IMG/VR virus record: IMGVR_UViG_3300018427_002120
Coordinates: 5,873 to 69,872 of that record
Source: a virus
Lineage: Duplodnaviria > Caudoviricetes
DNA length: 64,000 nt
Strand: one strand, 5' to 3'
This document shows, one piece after another, positions 28,365 to 37,294 of this stretch (position 1 is the stretch's first letter; each line of letters starts with the position of its first letter). The notes below the pieces were generated by a model. It was not told the origin of the DNA. It ran no database searches and worked only from the letters and a program-made list of their open reading frames with translations. The position numbers were made by a program, and so were the translations under genes.

Positions 28365-28375
28365 GATAGGCCTCC

Positions 28376-28933
28376 TTAGATTTCGTTAAATGCCCGGTAG
28401 TAGGCATTGGGAGTTAGCTTGTCGAACAGACGGACGTAGCTGCCGTCAAAGGTTCCCGGATACATTACCAGGATAGGAATGTCGCTAAAGTGAGGCTGAA
28501 GAGCTTCTAGTAGGGCATGAACCCGCATAAAGGGGAATACATCACCAACGCCGGTAAGCAACAGGACATCACCTGTTCTGTGAGGACAGTACTGAATTTC
28601 CTCGATGAACTCGCCTTCACCGATGGCGGAGTGGAGCTGCTCAAGCAAAAACTCTTTGCCATCCATTTCTTCCATTTCCGGAATCGCATCCATGATGTCA
28701 ATGTCCTCGCAAAGAGAGAGGAACGTTTTATATAGGTTGCATTCTACCAGATTGCAAATAAGGGTTTGGTCGGTGGTAATTTGCTCTATAAAATGACGAA
28801 CGACCATCTCGTCTTCGGCATCGTAGCAGAAGATTCTGATATTTACTTCATTGCTTAACCCTTTTCCTTCCAGGAACTCAGGTTCCTGAATGTGGATACG
28901 CAGGCTATCCAAGCGTTCTTGAATATTTGCCAT
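28376..28933 (-). CDS. brxB: BREX protein BrxB (DUF1788)
   Basis: GLSNEVNIRIFCYD, LTGVGDVFPFMR, VMYPG, NAYYRAF. Confidence 0.93.
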   Translation of the reverse strand: MANIQERLDSLRIHIQEPEFLEGKGLSNEVNIRIFCYDAEDEMVVRHFIEQITTDQTLICNLVECNLYKTFLSLCEDIDIMDAIPEMEEMDGKEFLLEQLHSAIGEGEFIEEIQYCPHRTGDVLLLTGVGDVFPFMRVHALLEALQPHFSDIPILVMYPGTFDGSYVRLFDKLTPNAYYRAFNEI

Positions 28934-28945
28934 GGTAAGCCTCCC

Positions 28946-29551
28946 TTAAGAAAAATGATTGAATGCAGGAAGAATGATATCGTCATTATTACTTCGGATA
29001 GCATTTTCCAGAATCGGATGCAAATATACAGGATTTAAAGTGGTTGAATGGATGCTGTCAAGGTATTCGGTTTCAACCAACACCCTGGCAATAACCTGTT
29101 TCAGCTTTGTGATGGTTTGCTCACTCCAGCCAGCTACAGCGTCATCTTGTTCCTGCAGTCGAAGGAAAAAAGTGTTCAAGTCTATCTTACCAAACGATGT
29201 GTCCCTTAAAACGTACTTTTCACCGATTACCGTGAGCATAAATTCCCAAATCAGTCTGCTGTTTTTCATCATTGCATACAGACAAATTTGTTTGGCGACA
29301 TCCACAGGCTGCGTGGCTATTGCGTGAATGAGCGTTTCATCGTTCATTCCTTCCAAGCGTCTGACGCATGCAGCAGCAATACGCTTAATGGTCTTCTCAG
29401 TAGGGTACTGGAAAAGGTTCTCTTCAGTAATTTTTGCGACCACTGTATCTCCGTCCATACCTTCAACCAGAAGACGCGCAGTGGCGCGCATCTCATAAAA
29501 CAGGAAAGGTTCCCGGGTAAGAGAAGCATTGTAAGGTGTGTTACTATTCAT
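28946..29551 (-). CDS. brxA: BREX protein BrxA (DUF1819)
   Basis: YNASLTREPFLFYE, ENLFQY, WSEQTITKLKQ. Confidence 0.93.
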   Translation of the reverse strand: MNSNTPYNASLTREPFLFYEMRATARLLVEGMDGDTVVAKITEENLFQYPTEKTIKRIAAACVRRLEGMNDETLIHAIATQPVDVAKQICLYAMMKNSRLIWEFMLTVIGEKYVLRDTSFGKIDLNTFFLRLQEQDDAVAGWSEQTITKLKQVIARVLVETEYLDSIHSTTLNPVYLHPILENAIRSNNDDIILPAFNHFS

Positions 29552-29559
29552 AAAGCCTT

Positions 29560-29778
29560 TTATCCTCTCTCTTTGGTTTCCGGAAGAATGTCCATCATAT
29601 CGTCAACAGTGCAATCCAGGTATCTGCAGATTCGAACGATGATATCCATGGACACAGTTTCATTTCGGGAGAATTTTGCAAGTGTATTGGGGCTGATGCC
29701 AACCTGTTTGGCAAACTCGGTTTTCTTCAGACCCTTGTCAATCAACAGCTTGAACAGTTTGTTGTAATTAACATCCAT
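29560..29778 (-). CDS. Cro/C1-type HTH regulator (HTH_26-like) leading the BREX operon
   Basis: YNKLFKLLIDKGLKKTEFAKQVGISPNTLAKF...ICRYLDCTVDD; 8 nt before brxA. Confidence 0.85.
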   Translation of the reverse strand: MDVNYNKLFKLLIDKGLKKTEFAKQVGISPNTLAKFSRNETVSMDIIVRICRYLDCTVDDMMDILPETKERG

Positions 29779-30097
29779 ATAATAAACCCCCAGCAGATGG
29801 TTTTCTTCATCATGACACAAGATATATTTGTCGCATTTTATCAACATATAGGGATTATATCACGGTCTGTTTCAAAAAGATAGACGTATATTTGTGTTTG
29901 TATAATTTTTATCCTTTAGCCCCAAATGAAAATGTGCCATATAGGATAAAAAGCCGCCAGAGTACGGTGCAGACTGCACATAGTACCCAAGCGGCTTTGG
30001 TTTTTTCTGTTATATGTTGTGCGTGATTTCCGGCATACGGGCATTACCGCATCTGGCAGGATAATGAAGAACCAGGCGCTATTGCAATAATTCCAAA

Positions 30098-30772
30098 CTA
30101 TGATATGAAGGAATCCCAGGCAGTACTGTGAATACCATAGCTTCTCAACATCCGAGCAACTTCTTCTGCGGATTTTCTACCCAGGCAAGGGATACTTGCA
30201 ATAGCCGGTTTATCCATGTACAAGAGAAGATCTGAAAGATAGTGCACATCGTTTTTTCTCAGTACGTTGTATGTTCTGACAGATAAGCCTACATCTTCGA
30301 TAGACAATGCAAGCGCCTTCTTGGGTGCAGAGCGGATATTTCCGTTCTCATCCGTTGTATGTGCGTCCAGAAAACCTTCCCGGTATCCGTCAAGATATTC
30401 CTGACGGATGAAAGTTGTTGTTACGGCGGTAACTCTGCGGGCGATATTATCCTCGATATAGCCGTCCAATCCCAGAGAAATCAAGGATAGGCTACGTTTG
30501 GAACCTAGCTTTTTGAAAGACCGTGCGATTTGCGCCCGGATAGCTTCTTTGGTAACATGATAATGCTTACCAATTTCTTCGAGAGAAAGGCATTGCTGAT
30601 AACGCATTCTCAGAACATCTGCCTCTTTTTCCGGTAGCATGGACAAGGCTGCGGCAAGACCTCTGTATTGGTCCTTGCTAAAATTCTCGGCATTCAGCAT
30701 ATTTGCATGAACTCCATCAACTCTAGATAGAAGATTGAATGGATATGCACGTTCACGAACATTTTCGCTCAT
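30098..30772 (-). CDS. Fusion of sigma-70 region 4 and RNA polymerase alpha-CTD-like domains
   Basis: LPEKEADVLRMRYQQCLSLEEIGKHYHVTKEAIRAQI; LSIEDVGLSVRTYNVLRK...IPCLGRKSAEEV; GAGGTG RBS. Confidence 0.8.
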   Translation of the reverse strand: MSENVRERAYPFNLLSRVDGVHANMLNAENFSKDQYRGLAAALSMLPEKEADVLRMRYQQCLSLEEIGKHYHVTKEAIRAQIARSFKKLGSKRSLSLISLGLDGYIEDNIARRVTAVTTTFIRQEYLDGYREGFLDAHTTDENGNIRSAPKKALALSIEDVGLSVRTYNVLRKNDVHYLSDLLLYMDKPAIASIPCLGRKSAEEVARMLRSYGIHSTAWDSFIS

Positions 30773-30812
30773 GGGTATCACCTCTCTTCTGCATAGCGAT
30801 TGATTGTGATTT

Positions 30813-31181
30813 TTACTGATGCGTGTTTTTTCGCATGGAGCCGTCCGAATACAAGCGACCACCGATACCATCACTATAATCGACCCAGCCGATGGGTCGT
30901 GGTTCAGTTATGCGGCGTTCTACAAACCAGCGTCCAAGTTTGTTTCCGGTCTGATTTGTGCTGCGCTCAAAGAACAGATAGCTTTGCTGTCCACGGATGC
31001 GGACAGTGTATCTGTCGCCCTGTCCGCCGGCTTTCATGGCTGCGGCCTGACGGATGTCCAGGATACGGTCAATTTCATATTTTTCGCCGTTCTCCCAGGT
31101 GATTTCCCGGGGGAGCATAATACCGTCTTCCCGGAAGTCAGTATTGACCTCCACGTACACTTTTATTTGCTTGCTGTCCAT
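30813..31181 (-). CDS. Small beta-rich protein of a type seen next to Y-family polymerases in Clostridia
   Basis: KVYVEV..F..DG...P..I.WENG..YEIDRILD.RQAAAMKAGGQGDRYT; family association is recalled, not verified. Confidence 0.6.
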   Translation of the reverse strand: MDSKQIKVYVEVNTDFREDGIMLPREITWENGEKYEIDRILDIRQAAAMKAGGQGDRYTVRIRGQQSYLFFERSTNQTGNKLGRWFVERRITEPRPIGWVDYSDGIGGRLYSDGSMRKNTHQ

Positions 31182-31650
31182 ATTCAACTGACCTCCAGAA
31201 CAGATCCGCTGCCATATCCATTTCGTCATTGGCATCCTCAGGAGCTTCACCGACGTTCATGTGGTCTCCACCATCACCCCAGGCACAGATGCAGTAGCCG
31301 CCATCCGGATTCATTTCGGATGTGACATACAGTTCAAATCCGCCCCGTGTACCGTAGCAGAGGTAAATTGCGCGGCAAAGCGGGGATGCTTCCGGCTCCG
31401 GCATCCCAATGCGGATGACCATGAATTTCTCGGGACCCCGGACATAAGTACGGGAATGGACGGAAAAATCTTTCACGGAATAGGGATTGGAATATCCCGG
31501 ATTGACACAAATAAATTTCTCATAAAGAGCATGAATGCACTTTTGCCTCTTGCTCATAACCGTCGCCATTAGCCGCTTGCCCTCATTATACAATGTGGCA
31601 GGCAAAAGCTTATGCTCCAGATAATACCGCATCTCAAATTCTTTATTCAT
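31138..31650 (-). CDS. Hypothetical protein
   Basis: 170-aa ORF co-oriented in the operon, 5 nt after the HTH gene. Confidence 0.65.
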   Translation of the reverse strand: MNKEFEMRYYLEHKLLPATLYNEGKRLMATVMSKRQKCIHALYEKFICVNPGYSNPYSVKDFSVHSRTYVRGPEKFMVIRIGMPEPEASPLCRAIYLCYGTRGGFELYVTSEMNPDGGYCICAWGDGGDHMNVGEAPEDANDEMDMAADLFWRSVEYGQQANKSVRGGQY

Positions 31651-31655
31651 GACTG

Positions 31656-31856
31656 TTAGCCCCTTTCCGTAAAGAATTCTGCCATGGTGATGCCTAACCC
31701 CTGGCAGATCCGTTCAATGGTGTCCACTTTCAGCTGACTGCCGCGCTGCTGCGTGTTTTTCAGTGCATTATAGGAAATGTCACACAGCATGGCCAGCTTA
31801 TACATCGTGAGGCCTCTCTCATCCAATAAATCCTCAAGTCGCTTAAACGTATTCAT
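31656..31856 (-). CDS. XRE/Cro-like HTH protein
   Basis: RLEDLLDERGLTMYKLAMLCDISYNALK...TIERICQGLGITMAEFF. Confidence 0.85.
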   Translation of the reverse strand: MNTFKRLEDLLDERGLTMYKLAMLCDISYNALKNTQQRGSQLKVDTIERICQGLGITMAEFFTERG

Positions 31857-31946
31857 ACCCAAAACCTCACAAAATTCAAAATAGGGATTTTCAGTATCCC
31901 TCGACACCTCCAGTATAATTGACTATCAGTCCAATAAACGGTACTT

Positions 31947-32765
31947 TTACAGAACCCGACCCACAACCTGGAATCCTGCGTGGGCAGAAATTACTCTGGG
32001 CTCGTATTTCTGGTTGAAGGAAATCATGACTGGCTGCATATGGACATGGCCATAACTGTCGGTAAAATATTCTGCATCGGCTTCATCCGGCTCCTGCTCA
32101 TCATAAACCTTGAGGTAGCCTTGTCCGTCATAGATAAAGATACCGACCTGCCCAACCGGAACACGCTCGCACTGCTGCACCCATACAATCTGGCCGTCAT
32201 GGTAAACAGGCTCCATACTGTCACCGGAAATCCGCAGACCGAACTCTGCTCCGGCAGGAACCGCGTTTTCTGGGAAGCTAATCATTTCAAAATTACCTTC
32301 TTCCAGAAATTCACCGGTACCGGCAGAGACGGCCAGGCTGCTGACAGGCATATCGATATATTTAATAATGCTTCGCTTGGACTGCGGTTTGTAGCGTCCG
32401 GAGGCAATCAGGTCGGCTTTATAGTCGGCCACTTTTTTTATACCTTCTTCATTCAATTCAGGCTGGTAGTTGCTGATATAGAAAGTTAGATCTTCTTCCA
32501 TATGCAGGGCCTGGGACACAGCCACCAACTGATAGCAGCTGGGGATATTCTTGCCCAGCTCCCATTTGTTGATGGCAACGGAACTGACGGAAACACCATA
32601 GTCTTCCAAAAGGTCACTGAATTTGACTAGGCTTAGTCCTGCCCGTTTACGGGCCTCGGCGATCCGCTGACCAATAATATTCATCTGCTGCTCGGCGGCG
32701 GCATTGTACCGTTTTTCAGATGCAACTTTGAACTGGATTACTTGCTGCTTGCTTTTTTCAGCCAT
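31947..32765 (-). CDS. XRE HTH + S24 peptidase (CI/LexA-like) repressor
   Basis: IGQRIAEARKRAGLS, WELGKNIP; cleavage site VSAGTG; RISGDSMEP (Ser) and YLKVY (Lys). Confidence 0.9.
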   Translation of the reverse strand: MAEKSKQQVIQFKVASEKRYNAAAEQQMNIIGQRIAEARKRAGLSLVKFSDLLEDYGVSVSSVAINKWELGKNIPSCYQLVAVSQALHMEEDLTFYISNYQPELNEEGIKKVADYKADLIASGRYKPQSKRSIIKYIDMPVSSLAVSAGTGEFLEEGNFEMISFPENAVPAGAEFGLRISGDSMEPVYHDGQIVWVQQCERVPVGQVGIFIYDGQGYLKVYDEQEPDEADAEYFTDSYGHVHMQPVMISFNQKYEPRVISAHAGFQVVGRVL

Positions 32766-32791
32766 AGTAGCACGCTCCTTCCTATGTAAAA

Positions 32792-32820
32792 ATTATATAT
32801 GGGGAAAACACGCTTGTCAA
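32792..32820 (-). promoter_or_regulatory. Consensus sigma-A promoter for the repressor
   Basis: TTGACA (32820-32815)-17 bp-TATAAT (32797-32792). Confidence 0.85.
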
Positions 32821-32854
32821 GAAAGAAATGAACTTTTAGTCCACAAATGTTCAC

Positions 32855-32884
32855 TTGACAAAAATCAAGAGTTAATGCTATCAT
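32855..32884 (+). promoter_or_regulatory. Divergent sigma-A promoter for the Y-family polymerase
   Basis: TTGACA-18 bp-TATCAT with TG extension. Confidence 0.7.
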
Positions 32885-32916
32885 TTTTCTACACGATTTG
32901 CGAAGGAGGTGAAAAC

Positions 32917-34158
32917 GTGTCCAATGACAGAGTTATCCTGCACAGTGATATGAATTCCTTTTATGCGTCCGTGGAAATGATGCTGGACCCTTCCCTCAAA
33001 GGGAAAGCAGTCGCAGTCTGCGGCGCGACAGAGGAACGCCATGGTATTGTCCTGGCAAAGTCAGACCTTGCCAAGAAGGCCGGAGTCAAAACCGGAATGG
33101 TAAACTGGGAGGCAAAGCAGCGATGTCCGAATCTGATTTTAGTACCGCCCCAGTACGATCAGTATTTGAAGTATTCCAAACTGGCCCACCAGATTTACTA
33201 TCGGTATACGGATTTGGTAGAACCCTTCGGCATGGATGAGTGCTGGCTTGATATGACCGGCAGCGGAGCCTATGGAACCGGCATGGAGATTGCGGAGAAA
33301 ATTCGCTTTGCCTGCCGGGAGGAACTGGGTCTGACCGTCAGCATTGGCGTATCTTTCAATAAGATCTTCGCCAAACTGGGGTCCGACATGAAAAAGCCGG
33401 ATGCGGTAACACAGATTACGAAAGATGATTTTCGTGAAAAGGTGTGGCCCTTGGCAGCATCCGAACTGATTTATGTAGGCCGATCCACCGAGGCAAAACT
33501 GGCCCGCCATGGAGTCCATACCGTTGGTGATCTGGCAGCGATTCCCCCGGAGATATTGCAAGGATGGTTTGGAGTGAATGGTCTGAAGCTGTGGCACTAT
33601 GCCAACGGTACAGACAGATCAAGAGTAATGCACAAAGATTTTGTAAGCCCAGTGAAGTCCATTGGCCACGGTATCACCTGTACAGCAGACTTGGAAAACG
33701 AGGAGGAAGTGTTTAAGGTGATGCTGGAATTGGCCCAGGATGTCGGTCACCGACTCCGGGTGCATGAATTATCGGCACAGGGTGTCCAAGTTTATGTCAG
33801 AGGAAATGACCTTTTAGGCTCCCAGTACCAATGTAGGCTACCCTTCAGAACCCAGCTTCCTTCCGAAATCGCCAGTGCCGGTTTTAACATTTTCAAGGAG
33901 CGATACCGATGGGGTACAAATATCCGAGCCGTATGCATCCGGGCTATTAACCTGGTACCTAAATCAGATGCCGAGCAGCTGAGTATGTTTGTAGATACAG
34001 CACGCCGGGATCGGAGGGCCAGACTGGAGGATGCAATAGAGGATCTGCGTGGCCGATACGGTAAAAAAGCCATAACCTATGCCACATTGTTGGGTGACCT
34101 GAAAATGCCGGATGACGGACGGCACAGCGTAAAGATGCCCGGTCTTATGTATCAGTGA
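32917..34158 (+). CDS. dinB: Y-family DNA polymerase (DinB/UmuC-like)
   Basis: ILHSDMNSFYASVE, FGMDECWLD, SIGVSFNKIFAKLGSDMKKPD; AAGGAGG RBS + GTG. Confidence 0.95.
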   Translation: MSNDRVILHSDMNSFYASVEMMLDPSLKGKAVAVCGATEERHGIVLAKSDLAKKAGVKTGMVNWEAKQRCPNLILVPPQYDQYLKYSKLAHQIYYRYTDLVEPFGMDECWLDMTGSGAYGTGMEIAEKIRFACREELGLTVSIGVSFNKIFAKLGSDMKKPDAVTQITKDDFREKVWPLAASELIYVGRSTEAKLARHGVHTVGDLAAIPPEILQGWFGVNGLKLWHYANGTDRSRVMHKDFVSPVKSIGHGITCTADLENEEEVFKVMLELAQDVGHRLRVHELSAQGVQVYVRGNDLLGSQYQCRLPFRTQLPSEIASAGFNIFKERYRWGTNIRAVCIRAINLVPKSDAEQLSMFVDTARRDRRARLEDAIEDLRGRYGKKAITYATLLGDLKMPDDGRHSVKMPGLMYQ

Positions 34159-34216
34159 TCTGGAATCTGCAAATTGCCACCAATGACACCACCGCTTTCA
34201 AGGAGGGAATTTGACT

Positions 34217-34408
34217 ATGCTGATTCGACAGCCCATTCGTAACAACAGCGCCATTGGAGAAAAGAAACCCCGTGTATGTGATGCTCTTTTCGATACAACG
34301 GATGGCGAGATTTATTTGGAACTGAAGTTGCCTAAACAGAAGGAAATTGTCCGGTTGTGCGACATACTTACCCAAATAGAACAGATTAGAAGACAAAACC
34401 CAAATTAG
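34217..34408 (+). CDS. Small hypothetical protein
   Basis: AGGAGG RBS before ATG; follows dinB. Confidence 0.5.
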   Translation: MLIRQPIRNNSAIGEKKPRVCDALFDTTDGEIYLELKLPKQKEIVRLCDILTQIEQIRRQNPN

Positions 34409-34493
34409 TAATCTACCCAGGGGATATTCCCCGCGACAAAAGAACAGCGTTCATCTATCGAGCCCTGGCTCCTTCCGTAAGGATGAGTGACCT

Positions 34494-34552
34494 AACTGCC
34501 GAAGTGAAGCAATGATCAGAAATGATCTGCTTTATTTCGGCAGTTATTTTTT
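34494..34552 (+). terminator. Long hairpin/attenuator upstream of the sigma-like gene
   Basis: AACTGCCGAA...GATCA-GAAA-TGATC...TTCGGCAGTT then ATTTTTT. Confidence 0.7.
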
Positions 34553-34603
34553 GCCTATTTTCTGCTCCTGCTTCACTTCTCCGTGAAGAAAGGAACAGAA
34601 CAA

Positions 34604-34990
34604 ATGAAAATCAAGTACGAATTTGCCAATGAGACCGTAGAAATCGAAGTGTCTGAAGAATGGGGAGCGATCCTCGTAGATTTGGACAGACAGGAATACA
34701 ATAACGACCATGCCCAGAGTCGCAGGCATTGTTCGCTGGATGCGTTAAACGTAGACGGTAATCTCATTCCAGCTGATGAAAATATGGAACAAACACTGAT
34801 CGATGCTGAGGAAAAGGAACGTCTGACAGAAGCCATAACGAGACTGGAGCCACGGCAGCAGCGGCTGATACAGCAAGTCTTTTTCGAGGGACGGAAATAC
34901 ACTGACATTGCCCGGGAAGAGGGCATTGACAGATCAGCTGCCAGCCATGCCATGCAGCGTGCAATAAAAAAATTAAAAAATTTTTTGTAA
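34604..34990 (+). CDS. sigma-70 region 4 (ECF-like) transcriptional regulator
   Basis: RRHCSLDAL; LTEAITRLEPRQQRLIQQVFFEGRKYTDIAREEG. Confidence 0.85.
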   Translation: MKIKYEFANETVEIEVSEEWGAILVDLDRQEYNNDHAQSRRHCSLDALNVDGNLIPADENMEQTLIDAEEKERLTEAITRLEPRQQRLIQQVFFEGRKYTDIAREEGIDRSAASHAMQRAIKKLKNFL

Positions 34991-35070
34991 CAGACCGTCA
35001 CGTTTTGGCTTTCCCGTGGCCTAACAGTGAAGGGCAACACAATACAACCCTTCAGAAAGGACAAAGAAAC

Positions 35071-35271
35071 ATGAAGCACAATTTGAAAATCAGTGTTTCC
35101 AGGGAACCCAAAACAGGTGGTGTTGTCGCTTGTCGGAATGTAACGATCCGGGATCGGCTACTGACTTTTCTTTTGGGTCCCAAGCAAAGGGTGATGATAC
35201 TTATCCCCGGTGACAGCGTGGATACGGTTTCTATCACAGAAGTAGGAGGTATGGCCTGTGAAGCTGTATGA
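35071..35271 (+). CDS. Phage hypothetical protein
   Basis: GAAAGGA RBS; overlaps the next gene. Confidence 0.7.
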   Translation: MKHNLKISVSREPKTGGVVACRNVTIRDRLLTFLLGPKQRVMILIPGDSVDTVSITEVGGMACEAV

Positions 35272-35767
35272 GGTAAATCAGTTGATCTCCAGCATTTTCG
35301 ACCAGTTGGTCAACCCGGACACCGGAGAGGTTATTCCGGACGAGGCACTGCTTGCCCAGTTGGATTCCCTCCAGATGGAACGCAGTCGTATTCTGGAATA
35401 TCTGGCCAAACTGGTGCTGAACACCAAATCTGAGGTTGCTTCCCTCAGGGAAGAGGAACAGCGGCTTCGGGATCGCCGTGGAGGTCTGGAACGGAAGATC
35501 GACCGGCTTATGGCCATCCTCGACCGGGAATGCGCCGGTGAAAAGACCAACTGCGGTGTGGCCACTGTCTGCTACCGCAAAACCACCAAGGTGGATGTGG
35601 CGGACGGTCCTGCGGCGATTCTCTGGCTGAAAGAAAACGGCTACGACAGCTGTTACAAGCAGCCTGCTCCGGAAGTCAGCAAGACCGAAGTCAAAAAGTT
35701 GCTGTCTGCCGGTAAGGAAATTCCTGGGCTCAGCTTGGTGCAGGATCTGTCCTGTTCCCTGCGTTAA
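35258..35767 (+). CDS. Siphovirus Gp157-family protein
   Basis: MKLYEV..., coiled coil, PEVSKTEVKKLLSAGKEIPG. Confidence 0.85.
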   Translation: MKLYEVNQLISSIFDQLVNPDTGEVIPDEALLAQLDSLQMERSRILEYLAKLVLNTKSEVASLREEEQRLRDRRGGLERKIDRLMAILDRECAGEKTNCGVATVCYRKTTKVDVADGPAAILWLKENGYDSCYKQPAPEVSKTEVKKLLSAGKEIPGLSLVQDLSCSLR

Positions 35768-35779
35768 GGAGGTAGTCCC

Positions 35780-36763
35780 ATGCTGAAAATTACAAACGGA
35801 AAAATCTGCCGCGCCCAGAAAGTAGTGCTGTATGGCTCCGAGGGTATCGGCAAAAGCACCCTGGCGGCACAGTTCCCCAATCCTCTGTTCATCGATACGG
35901 AAGGCGGCACTTCCCATATGGATGTCCGCCGGATCGAGCGTCCCAGCAACTGGACGCAGCTGATTTCCATCCTGAAGGAAATCGCTACTACTCCCGGGAT
36001 TTGCGGTTCCTTGGTCATCGATACCGCAGACTGGGCAGAGCAGTTGGCTGTCAGTCACATCTGCTCCAAGTTCAAAAAGAGCGGCATTGAGGACTTCGGC
36101 TACGGCAAGGGCTACACCTATCTGGCAGAAGAGTTCGCGGAATTCTTCACCGCTCTGGATGCCATCATTGCGGCCGGGATTCATGTGGTGGTCACTGCCC
36201 ATGCCAAGATGCGGAAATTTGAGCAGCCGGATGAGATGGGGGCTTATGACCGCTGGGAAATGAAACTGTCCAAGCAGGTGGCCCCTCTGTTCAAGGAATG
36301 GTGCGATATGTTGCTGTTCCTCAATTACCAGACCTATGTAATCACCACCGAAAGCAAGGTCAGTAAGGCCCAGGGCGGCAAGCGGGTCATCCATACCAGT
36401 CACCATCCCTGCTGGGATGCCAAGAACCGTCACGGTCTGGCACCTACTCTGGATTTGGACTATGCCAACCTGTCTCATCTGTTTGGAGGCACACCGGCGA
36501 TGTCGAATACTCCGGCTCCTGCCGCAGAACCGGTACCCACACAGCCTTCCGTCCGCCCTCCTCTGGAGGTGCTGAAGGACATGATGATGGAAGCGCAGAT
36601 TTCTGCCATTGAAATCCAGGAGATTGTCGGTAGCAAGGGCCATTTCCCCACTGGAATGCCCATGGAGGAATATCCCGAGGCCTTTATCACTGGATGGATC
36701 ATTCCCCATTTCCAGAAAATCGTAGAAACCATTGAAGCCAACCCGGATCGGCTTCCGTTCTAA
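35780..36763 (+). CDS. AAA_24/Sak4-like phage ATPase
   Basis: VVLYGSEGIGKSTLA, IDTEGG, LVIDTADW, GYGKGY. Confidence 0.9.
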   Translation: MLKITNGKICRAQKVVLYGSEGIGKSTLAAQFPNPLFIDTEGGTSHMDVRRIERPSNWTQLISILKEIATTPGICGSLVIDTADWAEQLAVSHICSKFKKSGIEDFGYGKGYTYLAEEFAEFFTALDAIIAAGIHVVVTAHAKMRKFEQPDEMGAYDRWEMKLSKQVAPLFKEWCDMLLFLNYQTYVITTESKVSKAQGGKRVIHTSHHPCWDAKNRHGLAPTLDLDYANLSHLFGGTPAMSNTPAPAAEPVPTQPSVRPPLEVLKDMMMEAQISAIEIQEIVGSKGHFPTGMPMEEYPEAFITGWIIPHFQKIVETIEANPDRLPF

Positions 36764-36781
36764 AAATTAGGAGGTAACTAT

Positions 36782-37294
36782 ATGAGCAACTATAACAACA
36801 ACCTGGTCATGGACTGGGATGATGCCATCGTCGATGACGGCATGGAATATGTCATCCTGGAGGAAGGCGACTACAACTTCGTGGTGCGTGATTTTGAACG
36901 CGGCCATTTCCCCGGCAGTGCCAAGCTGCCCGCCTGTAATAAGGCAATCCTGACTCTGGAAGTGGATACCCGTGAGGGAACCGCTACAGTCAAGCACGAT
37001 CTCATCCTCTGCCGCACACTGGAGTTCCGTCTCTCCGAATTCTTCCGCTGCATCGGTCAGAAGAAACACGGCGAACGGCTGGTCATGAACTGGAACAAGG
37101 TGGTCGGCTCCAAGGGGCGTGCCCATTTCAAGCCCCGTCCCTACACCAATAAGGATGGTGAGCAGAAAATGGCCAACAGTGTAGACACGTTTTGCGATTA
37201 CAATCCTGCCTTCTTCCCCGAGGAGCAGACTCCTGCATGGGTGGCAGAAGCTGAAAAGGCCCAGCCTCAGGCCTGGGAGCAGAGCGGCTTCTGA
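36782..37294 (+). CDS. Phage ssDNA-binding protein (DUF669-like)
   Basis: LEEGDYNFVV, position after ATPase, acidic C-terminus. Confidence 0.7.
   Translation: MSNYNNNLVMDWDDAIVDDGMEYVILEEGDYNFVVRDFERGHFPGSAKLPACNKAILTLEVDTREGTATVKHDLILCRTLEFRLSEFFRCIGQKKHGERLVMNWNKVVGSKGRAHFKPRPYTNKDGEQKMANSVDTFCDYNPAFFPEEQTPAWVAEAEKAQPQAWEQSGF

Noticed and set aside
32821-32854. Host LexA (GAAC-N4-GTTC) boxes in the repressor-dinB gap
   Set aside because: Best matches have two or more mismatches; kept only as a possible phage-repressor dyad
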